64,000 bases of DNA, taken from positions 5,890,001 through 5,954,000 of the forward strand of contig CM022677.1 of the NCBI GenBank assembly GCA_012295275.1, in the 5' to 3' direction. The stretch's first letter is position 1; the number at the start of each line of letters is the position of its first letter. This DNA is from Chrysomallon squamiferum. Taxonomy: Eukaryota; Animalia; Mollusca. A program made the translations under genes and the position numbers. Under the pieces are notes generated by a model. That model saw only the letters and a program-made list of their open reading frames with translations, was not told the DNA's origin and ran no database searches. Below, one piece after another: positions 32,561 through 46,772 of this stretch.

Positions 32561-35500
32561 ACAGACAGGAAACCACATAACAAACAATGAGCTTTATACA
32601 CCAGCAACAGGAAACCACATAACAAACAATGAGCTTTATACACCAGCAACAGGAAACCACATAACAAACAATGAGCATACACCACACAAGCAAACAGGAA
32701 ACCACATAACAAACAATGAGCTTTAAACCACATAACAAACAATGAGCTTTATGAACAATGAGCTTTATACACCAGCAACAGGAAACCACATAACAAACAA
32801 TGAGCTTCATACACCAGCAACAGGAAACCACATAACAAACAATGAGCTTTATACACCAGCAACAGACAGGAAACCACATAACAAACAATGAGCTTTATAC
32901 ACCAGCAACAGGAAACCACATAACAAACAATGAGCTTTATACCAACAAACAAACAATGAGCTTTATACACCAAACAGACAGGAAACCACATAACAAACAA
33001 TGAGCTTTATACACCAGCAACAACAATGAGCTTTATACACCAGAAAACCACATAACAAACAATGAGCTTTATACACAAACAATGAGCTTTATACACCAGC
33101 AACAGCAAACCACATAACAAACAATGAGCTTTATACACCAGCAACAGGAAACCACATAACAAACAATGAGCTTTATACACCAGCAACAGACAGAAACAGC
33201 AACAATGAGCAAACATAACAAACAATGAGCTTTATACACCAGCAACAAGAAACCACATAACAAACAATGAGCTTTATACACCAGCAACAGGAAACCACAT
33301 AACAAACAATGAGCTTTATACACCAGCAACAGGAAACCACATAACAAACAATGAGCTTTATACACCAGCAACAGGAAACCACATAACAAACAATGAGCTT
33401 TATACACCAGCAACAGGAAACCACATAACAAACAATGGAAACCACATAACAAACAATGAGCTTTGAGCTTTATACACCAGCAACAGGAAACCACATAACA
33501 AACAATGAGCTTTATACACCAAACCACATAACAAAACCAATAACAAACAATGAGCTTTATACACCAACAACAGGAAACCACATAACAAACAATGACTTTA
33601 ATGAACTTTATAATGAGCTTTATACACCAGCAACAGACAAACCACATAACAAACAATGAGCTTTATAAACAACAAACCACATAACAAACAATGAGCTTTA
33701 TACACCAGCAACAGGAAAAACCACATAACAAACAATGAGCTTTATACACCAGCAACAGACAGGAAACCACATAACAAACAATGAGCTTTATACACCAGCA
33801 ACAGGAAACCACAGGAAACCACATACAAACAATGAGCTTTATACAAAACAACAGGAAACCACATAACAAACAATGAGCTTTATACACCAGCAACAGGAAA
33901 CCAGGAGCTTTAAACCAACAGACAGGAAACCACATAACAAACAATGAGCTTTATACACCAGCAACAACAGGAAACCACATAACAAACAATGAGCTTTATA
34001 CACCAGCAACAGGAAAAACCACATGAACAAAAAACAATGAGCTTTATACACCAGCAACAGACACCAGGAAACCACATAACAAACAATGAGCTTTATACAC
34101 CAGCAACAGGAAACCAACAAACAAATACACCAGCAACAAAACAATAACAAACAATGAGCTTTATACACCAGCAAACAATGAGCTTTAACCACCAACAAAC
34201 AATGAGCTTTATACACCAGCAACAACAGGAAACCACATAACAAACAATGACTTTATACAAGCAACAGGAAACCACATGAGCTTTATACACCAAAACAATG
34301 AGCTTTATACACCAACAACAGGAAACCACATAACAAACAATGAGCTTTATACACCAGCAACAGGAAACCACATAACAAACAATGAGCTTTATACACCAGC
34401 AACAGACAGGAAACCACATAACAAACAATGAGCTTTATACAAACAAAACCACATGAGCTTTATACACCAGCAACAGGAAACCACATAACAAACAATGAGC
34501 TTTATACACCAGCAACAGGAAAACCACATAACAAACAATGAGCTTTATACACCAGCAACAGGAAACCACATAACAAACAATGAGCTTTATACACCAGCAA
34601 CAGACAGGAAACCACATAACAAACAATGAGCTTTATACACCAGCAACAGGGAAACCACATAACAAACAATGAGCTTTATACACCAGCAACAGGAAACCAC
34701 ATAACAAACAATGAGCTTTATACACCACTTTATACACCAGCAACAGGAAACCACATAACAAACAATGAGCTTTATACACCAGCAACAGGAAACCACATAA
34801 CAAACAATGAGCTTTATACACCAGCAACAGGGAAACCACATAACAAACAATGAGCTTTATACACCAGCAACAACACAAACAATGAGCTTCATACACCAGC
34901 AACAGGAAACCACATAACAAACAATGAGCTTTATACACCAGCAACAGACAGGAAACCACATAACAAACAATGAGCTTCATACACCAGCAACAAAGCAACA
35001 ACAAACAAACAAACAATGAAACCAACATAACAAACAAACAATGAGCTTTATACACCAGCAACAGACGAAACCACATAACAAACAATGAGCTTTATACACC
35101 AGCAACAAACCACATAACAAACAATGAAACCACATAACAAACAATGAATGAGCTTTATACACCAGCAACAACAGGAAACCACATAACAAACAATGAGCTT
35201 CATACACCAGCAACAATGAGCTTCATACACCAGGAAACCCACATAACAAACAATGAGCTTCATACACCAGCAACAGGAAACCACATAACAAACAATGAGC
35301 TTTATACACCAGCAACAGGAAACCACATAACAAACAATGAGCTTTATACACCAGCAACAGACAGGAAACCACATAACAAACAATGAGCTTCCACATAACA
35401 AACAATGAGCTTTATACACCAGCAACAGACAGGAAACCACATAACAAACAATGGCTTCACCAGCAACAACGAAACCACATAACAAACAATGAGCTTCATA

Positions 35501-35990
35501 CACCAGCAACACACAAACAATGGAAACCAACATAACAAACAATGAGCTTTATACACCAGCAACAGGAAACCACATAACAAACAATGAGCTTTATACACCA
35601 GCAACAGGAAACCACATAACAAACAATGAGCTTTATACACCAGCAACAGGAAACCACATAACAAACAATGAGCTTTATACACCAGCAACAGGAAACCACA
35701 TAACAAACAATGAGCTTTATACACCAAACAACAGGAAACCACATAACAAACAATGAGCTTTATACACCAGCAACAACGAAACCACATAACAAACAATGAG
35801 CTTCATACACCAGCAACAGGAAACCACATAACAAACAATGAGCTTCATACACCAGCAACAGGAAACCACATAACAAACAATGAGCTTTATACACCAACAA
35901 CAGGAAACCACATAACAAACAATGAGCTTTATACACCAGCAACAGGAAACCACATAACAAACAATGAGCTTTATACACCAGCAACAACGA
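32561..35990. repeat. 42-bp satellite array (~3.4 kb) with many truncated units
   Basis: Unit acaggaaaccacataacaaacaatgagctttatacaccagca; source of the NHITNNELYTPATG and CCWCIKLIV pseudo-ORFs. Confidence 0.97.
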
Positions 35991-36065
35991 AACGCGATTC
36001 GTGGACAGAGCACACCTGAAGAAGAGTCGATCCTAAGACCAACCGTGCTTCAGGCTAAAGCTGCA
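35985..36065 (-). mobile_element. tRNA-derived SINE head (degenerate) leading into the 42-bp satellite
   Basis: Minus strand gcctgaagcacggttggtcttaggatcgactc has a B-box-like GGATCGACTC (36024-36033) and runs directly into the satellite unit. Confidence 0.55.
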
Positions 36066-37365
36066 AACAAACAAATTGAAGCTTGTACAAGTGTAACGTA
36101 TTTTTATATATAACATTATCACTTTTACGTCATGAGCTTTTACACGTCCGTGAAATTTACTTATTTAGTTAGTTTTTTATTTATTTTTTTTATTTATCTA
36201 TTATTTTTTTTTATTTTTTTATTATATTTGTTTATTTTATATTATTATATTTTATTTATTTATATATTTACTTATTTATTATTTTATTTGTTTTTTATTT
36301 TATTTTAATATAGTTTATTTATTCATTTTCTTATTTATTTACTTACTTTTCTTCATTTATTCATATTTATTTATTTATTTATTTATTTATTTATATTATA
36401 TGTTATTTAGTGAGTGATGTTTCTATTGTTCAAGGTAATACTAATCTGTCTGAAAAAGAAGAGAAATACACAAAAACAGTGAACATTTCAATATGTCAAT
36501 GAATTTCTGAAAAGAAGATAAATATGGAAAAGCAATTTACATTTCAATATTTGCATTTCCAAAAGAAAATGAACCCAGAAATAGATTGTATGAATTCATT
36601 ATTTAGATGAATGTGTGAAAAGAAAAAAAAAAAAATGAATGGGAAAAAATAAATAATTGTTACAAAGCAATGTACATTTTAATATATGGACACATTTCAA
36701 GAAAAAGATAAGTAAGAATGGAGGTAAAATACATTTCATTATTTGTATTTATTTCTATAAAATTAAAAAGAATGAAAGAAAGAAAAAAGGAAAGAAAAGA
36801 TATATGTGGGGACAATAATGTATACTGTAATACAAAATGTACATTTCTACAACAAAACAAACATGAAAAGAAAAATGTACATTTCAAAAAAGACAGATCA
36901 CATTTAGATATATTCATTAAAAAAAAAAAAAAAAAAAAAGAAAAAACCAGAGACAAATCATAAATCTTTTACAAAAACAAAATTAAAAATTAAAAATCTT
37001 TTACAAAAACAAAGGGGTGCTTTTTTGTTGGAAGAAATCTGTCAGGCAAGGTGGTGGTATGTGTTGTCTTTGTTTACAAAACAGTCTGATTAGCTTTTAC
37101 GTAAACACACACGATGTTGTGACAGTTTGATCTCTAAGTCGAAGCTACCCAGGTTTAACGGGTTTAAAGAGTTAACTAAACGAGCAGAGCTTAATACTTG
37201 AAACAGTCATTTTATAATGAAATACACCATAACGTAAAACTGATATAATAAAAATAATGAAGTGATGAAAGCATTATTGTATATAAAATACTGGATGAAT
37301 GAGAGAAGAATAAGTAATAGTGAAAAAAAAAAAAAATAATGTGTTGTCATAATTTTATAAATAAA

Positions 37366-37399
<34 letters not shown>

Positions 37400-38989
37400 T
37401 TTTGGTTATGGTTATTTTTTTTTGTGAGGTTTGTTATGGTTAAACAACAGGAAAATTAGAGAATAAAATATATTAAAATTTGATTCATTAACGGAAATAG
37501 CCGGAATATGAAATTAAGTTAAATGAAATAATAATAACATTATGAAAAATAATTAATTACATATTAATCTGTACTATTTATAACACAGAAACAGGGGAAA
37601 AGAAGCTAAAATCGTTTGCATTTTGTTTTTTGTTAAACTAATAGTAATGCTTATAGTTCATTCTATGATGTTAGAACGGGAAAATAAGTCAACATAAAAG
37701 TTTTAGAAAAAATAAAATGTTATCGCTAAAAGTCTGCATGTTTCGTTTACAGAAGTTTATACTATGTGAGTTAGATTGGGAAAAAAATGTAATAAACTCC
37801 TCCACACAGAAGATATTGCTGTAGGTTAAAAGTTAAAAATGGCGCCAGCATTCACCTAATTACCAGCATCGCACTACGAAGTTATGGTCAAAACAATGAT
37901 GTCGCAACAATCAACATCATCAGCAGCAGCACCATAAAGACATCCCTTATCAAATCATCTCGCAGTAAACTGCATCATCGTCATCAGGGTCGTCATCGTT
38001 GCCGTCTTTACAGTTGTAGTTGATGTTATTACAAGCAGTGGTGACTGTTATTGCACAGTCAGTGTAACGTGTGTGAATTATCTGTTTATCAGCGTGTCTG
38101 TGTGTCTGTGTGTGCCTGTCTGTCTGTCTGTGTGTCTGTCTGTGCGTCTGTCTGTCTGTCTGAGTGTCTCTGAATGTTTATCTAGATGTCTAGATCTCAC
38201 AGACACATATATAAATCTTGATTTGCCGAAGCGTTTTCCTACAGTAATTTCTTACAAATCCGTTCATTTTAGCGGCGTTATTAACCTTTTAACTCAATAC
38301 CAACGTTAAGCCAAGCAAATTGTCCGTCTTGTTCCGGACGATTTCAAAGCATCCTCCGGATAAATCACAAGTGTCAGCATCAGATAAAGTCATTTCTCAA
38401 AAGAAACGCGGACAAAAACAGAACAGCTCGGTAAAGAAAGTGAAATATGTGATTTTTTGTTTTCTTTAAAAAAAATAATAAAATTATTAAAAAAAAATGT
38501 GATTTGTGGAGATTTTTTTCTTTTTTAATTTGTTTTTAGCATATTTTCTCTTATTTATTTATTTTTAATTATTAATTTCCCAAATTGACACACTAAACAA
38601 TGTTATTAATAGGAATAAAAAATAATAAATAAATGAATATATAATATACTGATAAATGAATGAATGAAAAATAATTAAATGAAATATATTTAAGTAAATG
38701 CAATAATTTCATATAAAATAAAATTAATAATCTGTAAATGTAATGTCAAAAGTTAGGAGTTGTAAAATAAAGTAAAATAAACAGAGAATAAATAAAAATA
38801 CAATTTGAAAACATAAATAAACAAAATACCTATATAGTGTTTTAAATTATACTGTACAGAAATTATAAAATATAGAATAAAATGTTCTGATAAACAAACT
38901 AATCTAAATAGTAATAATAAATCTTTAAGTTTAAATGCTTTTAATGAACAAATGAATTTAAAATAAAATAAACTAAATGACTTTGTGTA

Positions 38990-39056
<67 letters not shown>

Positions 39057-40374
39057 AACATTTTCTGTAAAATTTACAACAAACAAGACAATTAAGTGAA
39101 AGACAAAAACAAACTATTAAGTACCTTTTTAGAGAAAAGAAAATAATTATTTAATATTTTCGAACCTAGAATCAATCATTATGTGTTATAATTACTGGTC
39201 TGTTATCAGCACAACGCTTTCACTGATAAATAATCATCTTGACTGGAACATTTACTACGAGACTCAGGCAAAGTAGACTATTTCTTTTCGGTTATCTTTC
39301 CTTTTCCTGCGTACAAAGCTGTCGTGTAGGTTTTTCGTTTTGTCATGTTAATAAACTGTACTGGATTGTTTCCCCTTGAACGGTCATTCTCTTTAACTGT
39401 TTACACATTTCGAGTGATGGTCAGAGGTAATTATATATTTAATTACTGTGCTGATATAAAATGTGCATAGCTTGGACGAATTCGCGAGGGTTTGTAACAA
39501 AATGGTTTACTGTTAGCGCATGTGGCTTTGTGTGCGTGCGTGTGTGTGAGTATAGTTACGTGTCTGAAGTATTGTCACTGTGTTGTTGAAGGTTCTGCTT
39601 TGAGGGGGATGCAGTGAATGCTGCATAATTGCTCTTATTTATATATAAATATATAAATAAAGGACAAAATAACATATTATTTCAATACAGATTCACATTA
39701 TATATACATAACATGCATATATATACATTAACAGACACACTCAGACAAAATTAAACACCTATATAAATTATAATAATGTATTCATTTCAAAACAGAAATT
39801 CTGAATCATAATTTCGCTGAAACATCAAGTAATTCAACAAAAATTTTTTTTTTAAATTCTGCAATAAAAAGTAATGGTATCATCTTTTAATATTTTTTTC
39901 TTTCTCCCTATGTTTCATTTACAACGATTTATATATTTATCGTATATAAATTTCAATTTGAGTGTAAATAAAAGGAAAAAAAAAAAAAAAAAAAAAAATG
40001 TGTGTGTGTAAGAGCAAGAGGTATTGAGAGAGAGAAAAACAGAGAGAGAGACAAAGAAAAAGTGAAAGAGAAAACAATTATTATTTTTCTTTCTTTCTTT
40101 ACCGTTAACTGCAAACAACAAAAAAAGGTTTTTATATCTCAATTTTTAGTTATTCAAACATTTGCTCTTTCTCTTTCACAAGTCAAGAATTAAGGTGTTC
40201 ATTTGATATATTAGTTATTTGCGAAACTAAAGAAAACTCACAGAAACACAAGAACATAAACATGTCACCTTAACATTCCGTTATTTACAACAGAAACGAG
40301 AAAAGAACTGATTAATTAATTAATATTCCCACACACGAATCATCCATAAATAAATAAACATGTCATTTATCTTT

Positions 40375-41478
40375 GACATGTATATATACATATAAACATG
40401 TACACTATCCTTCAAATATATACATACATATAAACATGTACATTATCTTTCACAAATATACATACATATAAACATGTACATTATCTTTCATACACATAAA
40501 CATGTACATTATCTTTCACACATATCCATACATATAAACATGTACATTATCTTTCATACATACAAACATGTACATTATCTTTCACACATATCCATACATA
40601 TAAACATGTACATTATCTTTCACACATATCCATACATATAAACATGTACATTATCTTTCACATATATACATACATATAAACATGTACATTATCTTTCACA
40701 CATATCCATACATATAAACATGTACATTATCTTTCACACATATCCATACATATAAACATGTACATTATCTTTCACACATATATACATACATATAAACATG
40801 TACATTATCTTTCACATATATACATACATATAAACATGTACATTATCTTTCACATATATACATACATATAAACATGTACATTATCTTTCACACATATACA
40901 TACATATAAACATGTACATTATCTTTCACACATATATACATACATATAAACATGTACATTATCTTTCATACATATCCATACATATAAACATGTACATTAT
41001 CTTTCACACATATATACATACATATAAACATGTACATTATCTTTCACACATATATACATACATATAAACATGTACATTATCTTTCACACATATACATACA
41101 TATAAACATGTACATTATCTTTCACACATATACATACATATAAACATGTACATTATCTTTCACATATATACATACATATAAACATGTACATTATCTTTCA
41201 CACATATATACATACATATAAACATGTACATTATCTTTCACACATATATACATACATATAAACATGTACATTATCTTTCACATATATACATACATATAAA
41301 CATGTACATTATCTTTCACATTATATACATACATATAAACATGTACATTATCTTTCACATATATACATACATAAAAAGATGTACATTATCTTTCACACAC
41401 ATACATATATAAACATGTACATTATCTTTCACATATATACATACATAAAAAGATGTCACTGTCTTTCACACACATACA
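40375..41478. repeat. 36-40-bp minisatellite, about 28 copies
   Basis: Unit tataaacatgtacattatctttcacacatat(a/c)cataca. Confidence 0.96.
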
Positions 41479-41714
41479 TAGATAGCAAAAATGCACCTAC
41501 ACTATACACTGTCTCAAACACACACATATTCGTAGATATCCACTGATTTTATATTCATACACATAAATACTCCAACACAAACACATACATACACACATAT
41601 ATACATACACACATACATACATACACAAACACACACACAAAAAGCGTACACACAAAAACACATATCTATAAACACTCACACTAACAGTTGTTTGTCATAC
41701 ATAAGTTCAGTTAC

Positions 41715-41793
41715 ACACACCACACATGGTTGTGTCTAAAATACATACACACACAAAAATGGAGAAGTTAAAATATAATCCTAAACACCCACC

Positions 41794-41846
<53 letters not shown>

Positions 41847-41854
41847 ACACATAC

Positions 41855-41895
<41 letters not shown>

Positions 41896-43056
41896 ACAAA
41901 AACATTATTTGTGTTTAATGAAAAACACTAAAACTTACTATTAGGAAGACAATGTACACATTATTTTGACTTTTCTCTCTCATTAAAATGGAATAGTATT
42001 ACTTTTATTTGAAAAAAACCAACTAAAAGTATAAAATTAAATACGGATTAGTTCAGAGGATTGTATTTGTTTTATAAATTTTCCATCAGTTAATAGCAAT
42101 GGAATCTATGACTGAATGAAATAGAGATAACTCCTGTATAGCTTTTTGTAAAATGTGCACAAGAAGTTAGTTGTTGTAGAAATATATATTCAATACATTC
42201 TTTTTTTCTATTTACAACAGAGCTGGACTAGGTAGTCTTCACAGCATGAAACAGTAATGACCACTGTGTGTGTCTAATGACCACTGTGTGTGTGTAATGT
42301 CACTGTGTGTGTGTAACGACTGTGTGTGTAATGTAATGATCACTGTGTTCTAGTAATGATCACTGTGTGTGATATTAATGACCACTGTTGTGTATTTATT
42401 ATTATTACTATTATTATTATTATGACCACTTTCATAAATTTAATGCTACATATAAGTTATATGCTAATTATCAGTAACATCATCAGCTAAGATGATTATA
42501 GTTCCTGTCTGTGACATTTTGCTGCGTGTTTTGAACCATCTTCCTGGGTTCGCCAGCCATCTTTCACTGGAAAATAACTATTACTCCAGACAGGTTGAAA
42601 TTTATAAACTGATTCTGTGTTGATATCAGTAAAATAGTATAACTTTTGACCAAAATGACAAATTTGTGATCAAAATGAAGCACTGCACTAAAAGAAGATC
42701 GCGTGGGTAGTAAACAAAATAACGACACAGTGATTCTCTTTATTACGACAGACTTCAAACGACATCGTAACAACAAGTAAACGACTTTTGTTTAACTAAG
42801 TCGTCATGCTGACATCTTCAGGAACATGGCCATGAATTAGAATATATAACCGTATATAATAACAACAACAACAACAACAACAACAAAAACAACAACAATA
42901 ATAATAATAATAATAATAATGATCACACCATGTATATATAATGACCACTGTTCTAGGTTAATGATCACTGGTTGTGTCTAAAATATGAATTCAAAAAATG
43001 GAGAAGTTAAAATATAATCCTAAACTTCACAATGTGAGAGAGAGAGAAGAGACCAG

Positions 43057-43092
<36 letters not shown>

Positions 43093-43437
43093 AGAGACTG
43101 AGAGAACACACTATTTGTATTAATGAATGAATGAAGTAAAACTTACTATTAGGAAGACAATGTACACTGCATTAAAATGAAGAAATGACCACTTTTATTT
43201 GTTGAAAAAACCTACTATAAGTATAAATGAAATGATTAGTTCAGAGGATTGTGATCACTGTGTATAAATTTTCCATCAGTTAATAGCAATGGAATCTATG
43301 ACTGAATGAAATGAGATAACTCCTGTATACCATTGTTAGTAATGATCACTGCGTTAGTTGTTGTAGAAATATATATATTCAATGACATTCTTTTTCTATT
43401 TACAACAGAGCTGGACTAGGTAGTCTTCACAGCATGA
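41715..43437 (+). repeat. ~500-bp direct duplication (41715-42250 vs 42965-43437)
   Basis: Shared ggttgtgtctaaaata, acttactattaggaagacaatgtacac, ttccatcagttaatagcaatggaatctatgactgaatgaaat, agagctggactaggtagtcttcacagcatga. Confidence 0.9.
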
Positions 43438-45277
43438 GTAGTAATGACCACTGTGTGTGTAGTAATGACCACTGCGTGTGTAGTAATGACCACTGTGTGT
43501 GTAGTAATGACCACTGCGTGTGTAGTAATGACCACTGTGTGTAGTAATGACCACTGTGTGTAGTAATGACCACTGTGTGTGTAGTAATGACCACTGTGTG
43601 TGTAGTAATGACCACTGTGTGTGTAGTAATGACCACTGTGTGTGTAGTAATGACCACTGTGTGTAGTAATGATCACTGTGTGTGTAGTAATGACCACTGT
43701 GTGTGTAGTAATGATCACTGTGTGTGTAGTAATGATCACTGTGTGTGTAGTAATGACCACTGTGTGAGTAGTAATGATCACTGTGTGTGTAGTAATGACC
43801 ACTGTGTGTGTAGTAATGACCACTGTGTGTGTAGTAATGACCACTGTGTGTGTAGTAATGACCACTGTGTGTGTAATGACCACTGTGTGTGTAGTAATGA
43901 CCACTGTGTGTGTAGTAATGACCACTGTGTGTGTAGTAATGATCACTGTGTGTGTAGTAATGATCACTGTGTGTGTAGTAATGACCACTGTGTGTGTAGT
44001 AATGACCACTGTGTGTGTAGTAATGATCACTGTGTGTGTAGTAATGACCACTGTGTGTGTAGTAATGACCACTGTGTGTGTAGTAATGACCACTGTGTGT
44101 GTAGTAATGACCACTGTGTGTGTAGTAATGACCACTGTGTGTGTAGTAATGACCACTGCATGTGTAGTAATGACCACTGTGTGTATAGTAATGACCACTG
44201 TGTGTGTAGTAATGACCACTGTGTGTGTAGTAATGACCACTGTGTGTGTAGTAATGACCACTGTGTGTGTAGTAATGACCACTGCATGTGTAGTAATGAC
44301 CACTGCATGAGTAGTAATGACCACTGCATGTGTAGTAATGACCACTGCATGTAGTAATGACCACTGCGTGTGTGACCACTGTAAATGACCACTGTGTGTA
44401 AGTAATGACCACTGTGTGAGTAGTAATGACCACTGTGTGAGTAGTAATGACCACTGCATGTGTAGTAATGACCACTGCATGTAGTAATGACCACTGCGTG
44501 TGTAGTAATGACCACTGTGTGTGTAGTAATGACCACTGTGTGTGTAGTAATGACCACTGCATGTGTAGTAATGACCACTGCGTGTGTAGTAATGACCACT
44601 GCGTGTGTAGTAATGACCACTGCGTGAGTAGTAATGACCACTGCGTGTGTAGTAATGACCACTGCGTGTGTAGTAATGACCACTGCGTGTGTAGTAATGA
44701 CCACTGCGTGTGTAGTAATGACCACTGCGTGTGTAGTAATGACCACTGCGTGTGTAGTAATGACCACTGCATGAGTAGTAATGACCACTGCGTGTGTAGT
44801 AATGACCACTGCGTGTGTAGTAATGACCACTGCGTATGTACTAATGACCACTGTGTATGTAGTAATGACCACTGCGTGAGTAGTAATGACCACTGCGTGA
44901 GTAGTAATGACCACTGCGTATGTACTAATGACCACTGTGTATGTAGTAATGACCACTGCGTGAGTAGTAATGACCACTGCGTATGTAGTAATGACCACTG
45001 CATGTGTAGTAATGACCACTGCGTGAGTACTAATGACCACTGTGTATGTAGTAATGACCACTGCGTATGTAGTAATGACCACTGCGTATGTAGTAATGAC
45101 CACTGCATGAGTAGTAATGACCACTGCGTGAGTACTAATGACCACTGTGTGTGTAGTAATGACCACTGCGTGTGTAGTAATGACCACTGCATGTTTAGTA
45201 ATGACCACTGCGTGTGTAGTAATGACCACTGCGTGAGTAGTAATGACCACTGTGTGTGTAGTAATGACCACTGCGTG
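43438..45277. repeat. 21-bp satellite array (~85 copies), with a degenerate short copy at 42253-42430
   Basis: Unit gtagtaatgaccactg(t/c)gtgt; source of the 634-aa HTQWSLL / HSGHYY pseudo-ORFs. Confidence 0.97.
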
Positions 45278-45430
45278 TACTCTCCTGTGGTGTGGTTCAC
45301 ATCAATGATCCCTTGCTGCTAACTGGAAAGAGTAGCCCATGACGTTATGACAGTTCTTCCTACATATCTTGTTTGTTGTTCTTACATCTGTGAGTTCATT
45401 CATATAACCAGACAGCAATACATTATATAA
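45277..45430 (+). mobile_element. SINE 3' body/tail fragment (MetaSINE-like core, from recall)
   Basis: tcctgt...gatcccttgctgctaactggaaagagtagcccatga...catataacc matches a widespread SINE core I recall from molluscs; it directly continues the last 21-bp unit. Confidence 0.6.
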
Positions 45431-46772
45431 AGGTTGAAAAAATGACAGACAGCTGGTTCAACCCTCAACATTTTCAGCTGACTGATTTGAACTGCTGTTC
45501 AGTGGTTCAGTCTTTGAGGATACTCCCACCTTGTGAAAAATGTTTGTTATACGTATCTGATATTAAAAAGATTAAACATTCTTCAAAGCATTGCTACAGG
45601 CCTTAAATCAATGGGTCATGGGGATGAACTATGTACTTAACTCTAATTATCACATTCACATAATCTGCAAAATAAGACAGCTGCCTCCCCAACACACGGA
45701 CACAGAACAAACAGCTTTAACATTCAAAACTTTAACATTGCTAGGTTCTTTGCTTCTTTCACAACACTAACTGCACTACAAGAGCAGGAGTAGCAACTTG
45801 TGTGAGAAACGAGCTGTCCTACTGACTCCCACTAACCAGTTACAATCCCAACACAGAGACAGTTGTATAACAGTCCATGGCCAGGCTGAAAACATAAACG
45901 TTTTTAATTACTACACCAGGCAAAAATCAATATGACATAACATTAGAACACTACACTAAAAGTATTCCCTCCAAATACATCGATAATTCCATTATACTGG
46001 GTGATTTCAACAGCAGAAACCACCTGTGGGGACCTTACCTAATACATATGTATAACTGATGGCACACCAATATACTTGTCAGACATAGACAACACCTGGT
46101 CATGCCTTGATATCACAACAGTGTGTGAAAGAATGGTCTGTAACTGTGAGTGTCCTTAACAACCTCCACAGCGATCACCTCCCAGTGCTGGCCTCCTATA
46201 ACACTGAACATAAGTGGAGAGTATCGAGACTCCAGTGTGGATCCCATGTGAGTAGCAGCTCAGCCGCTTGGAGACCGCATACAATAACACTTTACACATC
46301 ATTGCCAGGATCTCCCCAGACACACCAACTGACAGTCTATTTGTGGAACTAAACATCCTTCCTCTCAAAATTAGGCGCAGCAAGCAGTCTCTGAAACACT
46401 GGTTCCAAATTAAAAAAACTCATCCCCACCCACCCTATAACTTCAGTAATCCCAAATAACTACCATATTTTAACGTCATGAAATCATCATTAAATATAAC
46501 ACACAGGACACCAAACAGCCTGAATTTACTGGATTTAGAACTAGAACGTAAGTCCCTTCCCTTGGAACACCAGTGGACTGTAAAACCGCTAGACATATAT
46601 TTAACTCTTAGACATGAAGTCTCAAAACCTGAACATAATCCTTAAAGCAGCCTTACATGACTATTACTCGGACTACACTCACATATACACAGACAGCTCC
46701 AAGGACCCTCTCATGTGAAGAACCAGCATGACCTTTCATGTGAGGCAGGAACTACCCGACCCACCCTTCAAC

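Noticed and set aside
32561-35990. CRISPR-like appearance of the 42-bp array (also the 25-, 44- and 63-bp arrays)
   Set aside because: Units are head-to-tail with no unique spacers, there are no cas genes, and the context is eukaryotic with introns.
43396-45322. 634-aa and overlapping His/Cys-rich ORFs (HTQWSLL, HSGHYY, CSNDHCV) as metal-binding or biomineral proteins
   Set aside because: Several frames on both strands are open only because the 21-bp unit lacks stops in them; the frame switches at indels; no signal peptide or splice context.
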